A stretch of DNA of 62,949 nucleotides, filler included, from Hyphochytrium catenoides (GCA_900088475.1; 10 parts of 10 records of this genome joined end to end with filler, not necessarily neighbours in it), one strand, 5' to 3'. Shown: positions 50,697-62,949, counted from the first letter of the whole stretch. Numbers and translations are program-made. Notes: generated from the letters alone by a model not told the origin.

Positions 50697-53018
50697 ATGA
50701 AGCGCAGACTTAAGAGAAGAAAGTGACAACGACAAAGAAGGACACAGAGGGGAAGAAGAAGAGATAGAAGAAGGAAAAGATGGTGACGGAGAGGAGATTG
50801 TCAACAAAGAGCAGCACAAAACAGAAGAAGGAGAAGAGCGAGGACCTAGGGATAAAAAGAAGGACAAACAATCTACTTCCTCTTCTTCTGCCGCTGCAGA
50901 ACGAATGAGGAGATACCGAGCTGCCCGGAGTGACGAATTGAAGGAATTGGATCGAAGAGTAGCTACCGAGCGAAAGAAAGTACTGAGGAATAGCCGCACG
51001 GATGAAGTGAAGGAGCGAGATCGCAAATCTGCGGCGGAGAGGATGAGATTATTCACAGCCGCACGGATGAAGAGAAGGAGCGTGATCGCAAATCTGCCGC
51101 AGAAAAGAGGAGAATGTTAAGAAACAGCCGCACGGATGAAGAGAAGGAGCGTGACCGCAAATCTGCCGCAGAAAAGAGGAGATTGTTAAGAAACAGCCGC
51201 ACGGATGAAGAGAAGAAGGGTGATTGCAAATCTGCTGCAGAAAAAAATGAGGCTGTCGAGGAACAGTCGAACGGAAAAAGAGAAGGAAAGTGGACGAAGT
51301 GCAGCTGCTGAACAAAAAAAGGTTTTGAGAGCCAGACAATCGGAGGAGAATAAGGCAGGTGAGCGGTTGGCTAACACTGAAAGGATGAGAATCGTGAGGA
51401 GCCGCCAAGAGGAAGCAGTAGGAATAGATGTTGCCGAGGGAAAGGATAGTGGTGAGGAGGCAAGGGATGGTGATAATACCGTCGATAACATCAGGGCTCC
51501 TGCGGTAAATTCAACGGAGAGGGGATTCAACAGAAGAAGAAGACAGGCGCCTTACACAGCCTTAGATGTGTTGAGCGTTGAAGAACAGCAGCATATCTTG
51601 GCAGCTGAACAGGTTTTTATTGTTACAGAAGAGCATAAAAAGCGAGTTCTTGAAGCCTGCCGCCCGATGGTTGAGCTTGAAGGCTTAGTAGATGAGATTT
51701 GCTGCGTGTGCGATGCTGGGTACCAAGAATCAACCGACAACGCATGCATAAATTACCCGCTCACTGATGCTTTGGTTGAGGTAAGAGAGCTCATCAAACA
51801 AAAAATACGGCCCCTAGATTTGTGCTACAAAGGAGAGGAGAAGAAGAGATAAAAGAAGAAGATCGTGAGGAAGGTGAGAATGTCAAAGAGCAGCAGAAAG
51901 TGTTGAGGATCAAACTTTTCTCTCACGTTTTTTCATCTGACTCTTTGTGGTTGTTCTTTTACTCTGGTCTTATCTAGGCTTTTAGGAAAGGTAGAGTTCT
52001 AGACTTAGAGGGAAAAGTATTGAGTTGCGCTTTTAGAGAGTCAAACCTTAGACCCTTAGATACGTAGCAAGAGTAAGGCTAGTAGCATGTTTCGGTAGAA
52101 GTAGAAAGTAGAGTTGGACCGGTCAGAAGTAGCGTCACCAGGCACGCGCCTTTTGATCTGGTCGTAAAGAGTAGCTTAGCTATAGTTTATCTTAGTAGTG
52201 AGAAGATTAGAGTCGTGACGTTACGACTCTGTAAGGAAGACACTAGAGTAGAAGGTAGTATAGCTCATAGTTAAAGTTAGGGTAGAGCAGAAGAGCGATA
52301 GCTTCCAGAGTTAAGATGAGCCGAGCTCTTTGCCGACTTGTCAGTGGTGAATTCATTCTGCAGTTTGCCAAGCACCAGAAAACTCAGGCTAGCCAACCTG
52401 CTAAAGCGTCTTTAGCTGAACGGACCTTCATAACAGCTTTACCGCTGTATTAGCTCTTTGTCCTGTCTGTGAGGTGGTCGGCTTCACCGCTGTTCCTCGT
52501 AAGTTCCTCTGTTAGCGCGCCGGTTGGTACGTCGTGACCGGACTGCTCTCAACAGAAAGCAGCAGCAGAAGATAAAGAGGGAGAGCCTACGTACAAAAGG
52601 AAGGGCAAAAAACAAACCACTTCCTCCTCCTGTTGTGCCGCTGCAGAACGGGAGAATGTCAACAAAGAGCAGCAGAAAGCAGCAGCAGAAGATGAAGAGG
52701 GAGAGCCTACGGACAAAAGGAAGGGCAAACAAACCACCTCCTCCTCTGCCGCTGCAGAACGGATGAGGAAATACCGAGCTGCTCGGAGCAACGAAATGAA
52801 GGAAGAAATGGATCGAAAAGTAGCTACCGAGCGAAGGAGATTACTTTTGAGGAATAGCCGAGGAACGGATGAACGGAAGGAAATGATCGGAAATCGGCTG
52901 CAGAAAAGAGGAAATTGCTGAGAAACAGCCGCACAGCTGAAGAGAAGGAGCGTGCGCCAATAAAGACAGTCCCCCCTACATCTCAGCTACAAAACGATAG
53001 AGAGAACAAAGGAATCGA
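50697..53018 (+). mobile_element. Helitron-like degenerate N-terminal region with STPR-type 23-aa repeats (two copies)
   Basis: 69-nt tandem units encoding RNSRTDEEKERDRKSAAEKRRLL, with frameshifts, followed by ICCVCD. A second copy lies at ~52720-52950. No Rep or helicase domain is visible. Confidence 0.55.
51901..52554. mobile_element. Solo LTR, 654 bp, with 5-bp TSD
   Basis: TGTTGAG...CTCAACA inverted termini flanked by GAAAG on both sides (51896-51900 and 52555-52559). Confidence 0.92.
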
Positions 53019-53253
53019 NNNNNNNNNNNNNNNNNNNNNNNNNNNNNNNNNNNNNNNNNNNNTTAATTAATTAANNNNNNNNNNNNNNNNNNNNNNNNNN
53101 NNNNNNNNNNNNNNNNNNCTCGTACAAATAATCTGCCGGTCAAGGCTGGATTACCCCCTATCTTTAAAAGGTGCAGCCCTCAGGCTTGCCTGCTGTATTG
53201 ATAGATAAAACTAGACTCAGCAACTAATAACATGAACAGCTAGACTACATGAT

Positions 53254-54250
53254 TGTTGAGAGCAGAAGCTGAAAATTACAACCATACGAGCACTTTTTTA
53301 AGGGAAAGTTTCAAGCACGAATTCGGACCAAAATCACCTCTTTCGGAGCTTTCAAAGAGTGACAGGGGGTAAATCGGCATCGCTGAGTTCACTGGTGCCA
53401 TTATTTTCTTCTGAAACCGCTTCGTTTTGGAGATATTGTCCAATTTATCAAGGCAAGAAGAGCACCAAATCCTACGGACACAAAGTCTAATATTGTCCAT
53501 TTCTCTATGCATTCTCATTATCAAGCCCTATATCAAGCCGCCAGAATCATCAACATTATGAGCTCTTTCGTGGTAACGATATCAAAGCTACCAAGGGATG
53601 GAGGACTACCCTGTTTGGCGATTGAAAATGGAGGCTTATCTCGCTCGATGAACTGAACCTCCTTCATCATGTTGACTGGAGCCAAGGATCCCGTGATATC
53701 TCCTCAAAGAACAAGTCCATGTCTACGTCTAGGGCTACCATGCAGTCTTCTTGGCTAAGGAATGACAAAAGGGCGTTCAACAAGATTATTTTGGCAGTGG
53801 CTGACAGCATTATTCCACTTCCACCTCGTAGAGGGACTGCGCGCGAGAGAAGCTTGGCTCAAACTGGAAGAATCTTTTGAAAGCAGAAGCGCAAACAACA
53901 TTGTGACTACTCTTACCTCCTTTTTATCGGCAAAGGCAAATGAAGAACAAGACATTAGCCTCTTCTTGTCCGAGCAGAGAAGAAAGCTTGATTTACTTCG
54001 AGAAATGATGGAGAAGAAAGATTTCTACGACAACCTCTACAAAGGCCGCAGTACTTATGGCCCTTCCACCCTCATATCAAGGTATTGCTCAAGCCATCCA
54101 AGTGCGTGGAACGGGGGAACTATGTGCAAGTGCCATAGATGATATTCAAGGCATTACTGAGAAGAACTGAAGAACACAACCAGTTCATCACTAAGAAAAC
54201 ATCTCAACAACCAACTAAACTATCTCTTTCCAAAGAGGAAGCACGGACAG
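53254..54250 (+). mobile_element. Ty1/Copia 5' LTR and frameshifted gag
   Basis: TGTTGA..TCAACA (53254-53555), then PBS-like TTATGAGC. Gag pieces DYPVWRLKMEAYL, WLRNDKRAFNKIILAV and AREAWLKLEESF (UBN2-type). Confidence 0.78.
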
Positions 54251-54592
54251 GAGTCAACCAACATTAACGTCCCAAGGATCCAAATGAAGGACAATTAAGC
54301 AATACGCAGGCTCTGAATCAAGAAAAGCTTGACGCTGCTAACAATACTTTCCATTCTTTCTATCTAGCACTGAAGCAATCAGACAATGTGGAATTTTCTG
54401 GAGATCTCGACGCATTTATCCAAGAGGCTAAGGAAACAACATCTCGCCAACCTCGCTGTTCATCGTACATCGAGAAAGGTGTGCAATGGAAACCCAGGAA
54501 CCAAGTTATCTCTTTCTAGCGGGTCTACAGCATGCGGGTGTTGAATGTTCAGCTTCGACCCTTCACAATAGGGAGTTCGAGCTGCGGCGAGG

Positions 54593-55224
54593 TGTTGGAG
54601 TCTGAAGGCACAGCTATGTGGCCTACAAGCTTGCAAGCTTAACTACCCAAGTTTCAGCTCTAAACTCCCAGTAGAAGCCGAGATAGGAAGCAAACGAAAT
54701 GTCCCTGTTTATAACTATGGCTTACGGTCAGTACCCCAGGATACCTCCAGAACTGACTATTCTCGACAGGGATATCTCTATAACTCCATATCTTAGGGTT
54801 TATTAGGAATAGTTGACATAGTCAGAATAGCTCTAGCTTATGGGACCTCAGTTGGGCTTATAAGTAGAGCACTCTCATCTAATGACATTGTCCAATCATC
54901 CCACATAATCCAATAGGCGCAGCTATGTAAACTACAAGCTGGCAAGCTTAACTACCAAAGTTTCAGCTCTAAACTCCCAGTAGAAGCCGAGATATGAAGC
55001 AAGCGAAATGTCCCTGTTTATATCTATGGCATATGGTTAGTACCCCGGAATACCTTCAGGACTGACTACTCTAGACAGGGATATCTCTATAACTCCATAT
55101 CTTAGACTATATTAGGAATAGTTGGCATAGTCAGAATAGCTCTAGATTATGGGACCCCAGTTGGGCTTATAAGTCGAGCACTCTCATCTAATGACATTGT
55201 CCGATCATCCCATATAATCCAACA
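54593..55224 (+). repeat. Two head-to-tail ~310-320-bp LTR-like units; third partial copy from 55716
   Basis: Unit A 54593-54915 starts TGTTGGA and ends TCCAATA. Unit B 54916-55224 ends TCCAACA. The units align along their length. Confidence 0.85.
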
Positions 55225-55499
55225 TATAATGTATGGGATTTGAAGACACTCTTATTTAGGTTATGTGGTCTACTGATATGCTCAGAGTGAGTATGAAGAG
55301 CTTATGGGACCCTGTTTCCTTGTTATCACGTTGTCTAGTTGTTCTGGAGAGTAACTGTGTCTCGTATAAACTACTAGGCCCAGTTACTACTTCTTGACGT
55401 CATATAATGACTTACCTGATGATAATAACCTAGTTATCATAACTCTGAAACTCTTTGTTTGGTGCCTTCTTCCTCTTGTCAGATAGAGTCTGGAACTGT

Positions 55500-55715
55500 G
55501 AGCCTTTTAGAGCTCTTGTCAGCTTCTGCTCTCAACACCTCCCCGCAGGTCCAGACTTCCTGAGTGTCCGTCGGCCTCCGCCTTGTCCTCCCCGGAAAGT
55601 AGGCTTTGTCTTACGACGGATGTGGACGGGACAATCCCGAGTTGCGGAAGAAGCTCTCGGAACTGAGGTGCTGGTAACGCCTTCGTGAGAATGTCGGCAG
55701 TCATCTTCTTGGTTG
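55500..55715 (-). mobile_element. Copia pol C-terminus (RNase H end), PPT and 3' LTR start
   Basis: MTADILTKALPAPQFRELLPQLGI, then GGGGAGG followed by TGTTGAGAGCAGAAGCTGA, identical to the LTR start at 53254. Confidence 0.85.
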
Positions 55716-56332
55716 TGTTGGAGTCTGAGGGCACAGCTATGTGGCCTACAAGCTGGCAAGCCTAACTACCCAAGTTTCAGCTCTATGTTGAGTGCTACTA
55801 TGTTCGTTGTCAGTAGTACCGTAGTCACTCTCTATACACACCTAGCTCTCAGGGACATAGACGTTACGGGTACACCTGTGTTACGGGAAAGAGGGATGTG
55901 AGAAGAATTTCCAGAAGAACACAGGAGCANNNNNNNNNNNNNNNNNNNNNNNNNNNNNNNNNNNNNNNNNNNNTTAATTAATTAANNNNNNNNNNNNNNN
56001 NNNNNNNNNNNNNNNNNNNNNNNNNNNNNTATCTCTCTCTCTTTCTCCCTTTTAACCCTAACGCCAAACTGAGCAGGCACAGTAGCGTGGTTGTAAGCAC
56101 TACCTATGATTGTTGGCAAGCCTTTTGATCCTGGCACTATGGCCCTCCTTTGGTCGGCGTCTGCCCTCCTCTTCTTTCTCTTGTTTCTCTCTCTCCCTCT
56201 TTCTCTCTCTTCATCTCCCTCTTTCTCTCTCTTCAACTCCCTCTTTCTCTCTCCCGTCTAACTATAATTCTCTCTTTTCTCTCTCCTCCCACTCTCTTTT
56301 TCCTCTTCTCTCTCTCGTCCTTCCTCCCTCTC

Positions 56333-57644
56333 TCAAGAAGAAACAAGCAGCTCCGCTCCTGGTCTGTTAGGCTGCTTTTGGTTTATCTGCTGGAAAGCTT
56401 CATGATCAGTAGCGTAAAGGTTATAAAGTATTCGTGGGGCTTCTCCTTTCCTCTTTATCGATCCAAGCCTGTGTGGTGCTTCGGTCATTGCTGCTGCTGT
56501 CTGCTGCCGTGTTGTTGCTGTAGCAATGTGGCCGCAGCTGATGAGTAAGGGGCACTTCTGGTCCGTTAAAGAGAAGCAGCGGTGATAATTAGGGGCGAAA
56601 ATTGGCGTAGCTTTAAATGAATATTTCCTCACACCACTCGGGTTATAAAGGTACCAATAAAATCTTTTCAAGTCTATATTTCGTTCTGTTAGTTCCCAAG
56701 GGGCGATTGTTTGAGTAGATCCCAGCAGTTTGACCCATAAATAACCTCCTCTTTGTTCTGCCTCGGGCTCTACCTGATAATAACGGACCAACTCGATGCA
56801 CCAGTCTGAGAGAAGCAGAGTTCTTCGTATGAGAGTCTGATGGGAAGGACGGACAGGGTCACTTGTCTTTAGCAGTTTTTCTCTGTCTTCTCTGTTCTGG
56901 CCCTGTCAGTCTGTTGAGTTTAGATCCTAACCTAGTCCGTCTGGCCCTACTACTTGTTGAATGAACCAAAGGCCACGATTGATTGATGACCGCTTTGAGC
57001 GAAAAATGTTCGTACAAGNNNNNNNNNNNNGTCCCAGTCAGACTGATGAGCAAATATGCAAATATCCTACCTTTCTCTTCTGCCTCTCTCTGGTTCTATC
57101 TTATAACAATGAATCAACTCCGCAACGGACCGGTCTGAGAGAAGTTCAGTCTAAGACCAGAGGACGGACAACAAGCTCACTTATCTTCTCTGCTACTACC
57201 TTCTCTAGTCTTCTTGACACGTCGACTGTGGCGCCTCGCCCGCCTGTCCACCGTGGCTCCTCGCCTGCCCTTCTTTCTTAGTACCTGGATGAGACTGTTT
57301 TCTTAGTGCTGTATCGTAAGATAGGACAAACGGGGAATGACTGGAACCAACCATCATTATTTCTAAACAAGCTCAAGTCTGTGACAGACAACTCCACTGC
57401 TGCTGGTTCTTTAGTTAGGGCGCCTGCGTCGCCTTGCCACGAGCTGCCGTCAGAGCTTTTGGCACGCAAAGTGCTGCCCAGCACGCGGGTAGGGTGACGA
57501 TTCTCTCCGCTCATATATATAGGGACACCGCTAGAGAGCCGGTCCTCGTGCACAGTGGTGGCAGCCAGGCAGATCTCTGCGCCATTAGCTGAGGGAGCGA
57601 CAATCGGGGTGGCCTGGAGCACATAGAGGTCTTGGATCGCTTTT
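56333..57644 (-). CDS. Unassigned spliced gene fragment abutting an LTR
   Basis: Two non-repetitive coding-like blocks (~57644-57284 and ~56807-56333) with plausible GT and AG ends. No family recognised. Confidence 0.35.
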
Positions 57645-57688
57645 TGTTGAGGATCAAACTTTTCTCTCACGTTCTTTCATCTGACTCT
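57645..57688. mobile_element. LTR terminus at contig end, same family as the solo LTR
   Basis: TGTTGAGGATCAAACTTTTCTCTCACGTT.TTTCATCTGACTCT matches 51901-51944. Confidence 0.85.
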
Positions 57689-57788
57689 NNNNNNNNNNNN
57701 NNNNNNNNNNNNNNNNNNNNNNNNNNNNNNNNTTAATTAATTAANNNNNNNNNNNNNNNNNNNNNNNNNNNNNNNNNNNNNNNNNNNN

Positions 57789-59476
57789 GACACGTCTTCT
57801 GCTGGAAGGAGGAGCAGCGGGAATGGGGACTTTGGCCGGCGGAGGAGAAGGAACGAACCAGAGCGAAGTTGAACCTTTTGCACCGGCCAAGAGCTACGTC
57901 CAAAGGGTAAGAAAGACCAGTCAGATGTATTTCTCTCTCTTCTCTCTCTCTTCTCTCTCTCTTCTCTCTCTCTTCCTCTCTCTTCTTCTCCGTCTTGCCC
58001 TACTTCGGTTCCTCTCTTTCGTTGCTCCCATTCCTCTCTTTCTTTATGTGTGTGTCTCTCTCTCTCGGGCCCTTTCACTCTCTGTGATGGTTTACCTGCG
58101 TGTTTCTCTCTCTCTTCTCTCCCTCCTACTTTGCTCATAGTCAATCCGAGAAGTCTTCCAACAGAAGAACTGTCTCCTACATTATCCCTTGCTCTTTCTC
58201 TCCTTTCCCATCATATCTCTCTCTCTCTCTCTCTCTCTCCCCCTCTCTCTTTCTTCTGTCTCTGCCGCGCTCACTCCCTTTCTCTCTGTATCTCTCACTT
58301 TCTCTCTCCTTCTCTTCCTCTCACATCTTCTAGGCAAAAGAGCAAACGTTTGAAGATTTCTCTCGCAAGTCAGAGCTGAAAGCTCTGAGCGGCCCTGGCC
58401 CTGTGACCACCTCTTTGCTGATAAAGACATTAGAAGAGCTTTCTCTCAGAAATGAAAGGAGAAAGAGTCTAGAAGAGTCCGAAGAGAAAGAGACAGTGGC
58501 GTCTTCTCCTGTCATGGCGTCCTCTCCTCTCCCGTCCCCTGACAGGCATGAAGAGAAGGAAGAAGAGAGAGAGGAGTCAGCAGAAAAGAGAGAGAGTTTT
58601 CCAGGTCCATCCCTTTCTCTTCTTAATGTTGACGAGATGGGTCAGTCTCTACCTTCTCCTTCTCGGTCAGGATTTCCCGGGAAAGCTGTAGAAGGAGATA
58701 GACAGAGCCCTTCGCGCGAGGTAGAGGGAGAGTCTGGCGGAGAAAGAGAGACTGCAACGAATCTTCCTGTTCGAGAGACAGAAGAGACAGGAAAGGCTGA
58801 CCAAGAGATATTGAGGGTTGCTGAGACAGAGAAGAGAGAGATGACGCCGCAGTCTTCACCTCAAAAACGTTTGTCTTCCAGTGAACCAGTGGCAGAGTCA
58901 TCTCTTCTCCCTTCCCCATCTCAGGCAGAGACAAACATTGCCGAGGAGCAGGGAGTCACTCTCTCTCTTTCAGCTACGGTGGACGATCAGGTGTCCGCTC
59001 TCTCTTCTCCTCCCCTTCAACCTTACGAAGAAAATGGAAATGGACAGAAAGACACTGCAGAACAAGTTATGGAGAAGAAAGAGGCTCAGGACGAAGAAAA
59101 GACAGCTCTCCCTTCCCTCCCTGTTTCTCAGTCACCCAGCCCTAAAAAGACTGGAGAGATGGTGGCCATGGGAGAGAACCTTGATGAGCAGAAACAGGAG
59201 AAGTCCGAAGAGAGAGACTTCCAGGCGGTGGAGAAAGAGAGAGAAGGAAAGGAGACAGAGGGGGAAGTCAGCCATAATAGCACTTCTCCAGGAGAGATTC
59301 AGAGGAAAGAAGAAGCAGAAAATCCGGTCAAGGGTAGCGCGGGCACACAAAGAGAGGAGCCTCGCCAAGAGAAGACGGAGAGTCTGGCGAAGGAGAGAGA
59401 CGCGGCTTCAGCTGTGGCTCCAGTTCCTCCTGCGCCGGAAGTGGTGGAAACAGGATGCAAGTGCATCATCCTATAA
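57789..59476 (+). CDS. 3' part of an acidic disordered protein ending in a CaaX box
   Basis: An exon ending at ~57907 (GTAAG donor) splices in frame to 58334-59476. The protein ends GCKCIIL-stop. Confidence 0.7.
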
Positions 59477-59997
59477 ACTGACTCCTGTNNNNNNNNNNNN
59501 NNNNNNNNNNNNNNNNNNNNNNNNNNNNNNNNTTAATTAATTAANNNNNNNNNNNNNNNNNNNNNNNNNNNNNNNNNNNNNNNNNNNNAGCCTTAGGTGT
59601 TAGGCTTCCCTCCCGCATGCCTGCTGCGACCTCTTCCTCGCCCGCTATATTCCTTCCTACCCTTTCCGCGGCCCCCGGCGCCACCGCCAGCTCGTCCAGC
59701 GTAAGGCCCTTCTTGAACCTCGACAGGACCCCCTTCGAACGTGCTAGAATCCTCCTTCTGGTGTGATGGGACGACTGGTAAATGGTCAATCCTTAGCTTT
59801 TACACTCGCTCCGTCGCGTACCTTGTGTTCCGCCTCTGTCGGTGATACGGCTGATATAGTCTCTGCTACCTCCCCTTCCTCCGGCGCCAAGGCAGCCCCT
59901 GCCTGACCTGCCTCATGGCTGTACCGAGAACGTGAGGTCCTAAACTACCGCAAAGGAGCAAAGAAGTAGTACTCACGGCAAGGCTTCTTCCTCTTGG

Positions 59998-60989
59998 CTA
60001 ATACCTTCCCCTTCTGTTCCTAGCTGACCTTGTAAGTGCTCCATCCCGTCGGGCCCTGGGCCCACCCGATGCCCTCCAGCTAGGTAAGCCCCCTGAGAAA
60101 AAATTCGTCAACATCTTCATAGTCCTGCGTTCCTTTGCTAGTGGAAGTGTCTTACATGTTGAGCATACTGCGGTGGATACTGCCCAGGAACCATGGGAAC
60201 GCCACCTGGTCCTCCCATTCTGACAGGCATATTGGGTGGGTGTGACGGCCCTGCTGCGTGGTACTGGAGATCCCACGACTCGTCAAAAGGCATTGCAGAC
60301 GGAGAACGGAGAAGCGGCTTGTACCTGAGGAAATGCACGAACGACTGGGGCCACTCCGGCCCCGCCCATTGGTGGAAAGCCGACAGGCCTGGGACCGAGC
60401 ATATGTGGCGGCATGACGTAGGGGACAGCAAACCCAGCGCCAGGCATGCTACCATCCTCCATACCCAGCTGAGAAGGAAGAAGGTAAGTGCCTGCCTCTA
60501 GACTGCAAAGGAGGAAGCGACGGGGCTTACCGGCCAATCCTCAGGCCTGCGGTACATTCCTCCAACCATGTGTGGCATTGAGTAGGGCTGCATATGCATT
60601 CCCAGAGGCAGTGCTTGCATTCCTGGCTGCGGGGGCATGAACTGGGGCTGAAACTTTGGCTGAAAGCTTCTGGCAGCAGGGTTCAGTACAAACTCCTTGG
60701 CATTAGGGTTGAGCTTGCTCTTTGGAGTATCTAAAGCGAGAGATGAGAGAGAAAAGGAACAGGCGGGAGAGAGAGCAGAGAGAGCGTAAGTTGCTTGTGA
60801 ACATCAGTGTCTGAGGTTCAGAGGAGACGTCTTACCCTTCGCCTTTGATGGTGTTCCGGGTTGATCACCCTTTCTCTGGGCAGGAGACGCGGGTGGCATC
60901 TTGGCCTTCTCTTCGATCAAGTCTTGCTTAGTAGGCTCAGCAGCTTTGCGTGTGTCATTTTGAGGAGAAATGGCTTGCTTGATAGGTGA
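59998..60989 (-). CDS. Ataxin-2/Pbp1-like fragment with PAM2 motif
   Basis: The exon starting at ~60730 encodes SKLNPNAKEFVLNPAARSFQP (overlapping PAM2-like motifs), followed by P/Q/M/G-rich exons. The LSm domain is not in this contig, so orthology is unproven. Confidence 0.65.
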
Positions 60990-62585
60990 NNNNNNNNNNN
61001 NNNNNNNNNNNNNNNNNNNNNNNNNNNNNNNNNTTAATTAATTAANNNNNNNNNNNNNNNNNNNNNNNNNNNNNNNNNNNNNNNNNNNNTTTGCTTATAA
61101 AGATCCCGGAACCACTCTGTCCCCGCTGGAATGAATCTTCCAAATGTCAGCATCTCTCAACCCTGGCGCAGATGAGTAGATTATAACTAAGTAGCCGCAA
61201 GAGCCGGCCTTTCTTGTCATCACTTCTACCGCCATCATGGAAAGCATGCTTCAGGTCCCCATAGAGCTCACATTTCGATAATAGAGAACGCTCTGTAGCA
61301 TGTGACGCGGCCAGGCATCTACTACATTATACTTTTGAAAGAGCATAAGCAAAGTTGGTGCTAAAAGTTACCATCCTATCCTTTATCCTCTGTCGCCTGC
61401 TGATGGTGCCCTACGACCCATAATCTTCTATAGAACTAGTGCAGTATCGTCTTCATGAGCTTCAAAATTCAAGTCTGTACAAGGAAGGCCCTTTGTTACT
61501 TCTGTAGGATGAGATGATGAAGCGCAGCAGCGGGGAGCGGCGTCAACTGCTGCAGAACAAGTACAAGTAGCAAGTGCAGGTATAAAGTCTTTGCAAGTCC
61601 AGAACTTGAAGGACTTGTAATTAGTCTACCTTTCTGGTATAAAGACCCTGGAAACCTTATGCTAATAACACAAGCTGCGTGTTGTAACTTTATAATTTTT
61701 ATAAGAAATGAAGCAAGCTTACCTGTAGAAGTAGTTCCTAGCCTTGGACGGACCTAGCTGCTCCATGCTGGGGTTTTATAAGTAATCTATCACCTCGCGA
61801 GTCTACTTGAGAGCAGCCTGTCAACAAAGTAGCTTCTGAGAACTTAAGTACGTGGTGGTACTTGGATCTTGGTGCAAGAGACTTATGAGTATTTTTTACT
61901 TGGTCCCTGCCCTGCCTCCTTGCCCTATTGATAACCTTGGACATTGGGCCCAACCCAGGAACGCATTTGTGGTGTAGTCCTTCACATCCCAAGCTTCAAT
62001 GAAGCATTGTGGGGCTCATGCAGAAGATAGTGTGTTTAAGTGAATGGTGTGCTATCAAGCTAATATATATGAGAGAAGGATACTGTGTTTGAGGTCTGAG
62101 CTTGTGTTAGTCTGTTGTGTTGGCTGCTGGGCTGGTGGGTGTACGTCCTCGTTGTTATCTGAACAGAATTGCAGGTCAATCTTAGTTGCTGTCCCTTTTA
62201 CGGGGACAGCTAAATTGTTAGTTTGCTTGAAAATAACGTGTGACTCTTAATAGCAGTTTTCATTAGCACAGGAGATAGCTAACCTAAAGAGAGACAGAAA
62301 TTGGACGGAGGTAGAGCAGAGAGAGACATATCTAGTGCAAGACAGAGCACAAAGCATTCGTCTTATCAAGGGGTTATAGAGCCAGATTGTTAGAAAGAGT
62401 GAGGTAAACAGAGGCTCTTGCAAGAAAGAGTAAATATAGATACGGCGGTAGGAGAGCCAGAGTCTCAGTAACTCTCGGGCCTGACCATTCTCACACACAC
62501 GGAGCGGTTAGAAGAAAGAGACAGAGCGAGAGAAGGAGAGGCAGAGGNNNNNNNNNNNNNNNNNNNNNNNNNNNNNNNNNNNNNN

Positions 62586-62639
<54 letters not shown>

Positions 62640-62949
62640 AAAAGGGAGAGAGAGAAAGGGAGAGACAGAGAGAAAGGTAGAGAGAGAGAAAAGAGAGAGC
62701 GAGAGAAAAGAGCTGAGAAAAGGCGAGCGACAGAGAGAGACAGAGAGAGAGAGAGATGCAATGGGCCATGGCTTTCAGAGCAGTCCAGAACAGAGGGAGA
62801 GAGAAAAAAGCTTCCTGTCTCTTCTGTTGGGTTTCAGCTAAAGGATGTCCTAGAAACTTCAATAGCTCGTCCCCTTTTCTGGTCTGTAGTTCTGCTGCTT
62901 GCGAGCCCCTACAGCTCCCCTCTGCGATCTCTCTCTTTCTCTCTCTCTC

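Noticed and set aside
56530-56590. CTGATGA as a hammerhead ribozyme core (also ~5150 and ~57043)
   Set aside because: I could not find a matching stem II plus GAAA and flanking helices by eye.
61090-62050. Minus-strand spliced-looking sequence as a transposase (e.g. KDZ) gene
   Set aside because: Splice-like signals are present, but the frames I read are interrupted by stops and show no diagnostic motif.

Overview
Eukaryotic, intron-containing, (GA/CT)n-rich genomic DNA. The window is not contiguous. Nine artificial 100-nt linkers (N44-TTAATTAATTAA-N44) join ten separate contigs, so synteny across them means nothing. Host genes I can support are a NADAR protein, a three-exon secreted beta/gamma-crystallin + GH76 fusion, a secreted double Spondin_N protein, the 5' part of CFAP57 head-to-head with a centrin, DPH1, an oomycete-like chitin synthase, a small KEN-box/D-box protein, a possible bZIP-like/NTF2-fold gene, a possible RAMA-like ORF, a CaaX-terminated 3' gene fragment and an ataxin-2-like PAM2 fragment. 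Spliced genes use canonical GT-AG introns and the standard code. Together the genes suggest a flagellated, chitin-making protist, probably SAR; this is inference. Much of the rest is decayed transposable elements: CRE-like non-LTR pieces, a chromovirus-type Gypsy 3' end, nested Copia LTRs, a solo LTR with TSD, Helitron-like STPR repeats and a SWIM/MULE remnant. The best leads are the crystallin-GH76 fusion (missed by the ORF track), the putative APC/C regulator with CHR/E2F-like promoter motifs, the intron-poor island in contig 1, and a TAG/TA-rich decay pattern in repeats. All family calls come from motif recognition by eye; no searches were run.
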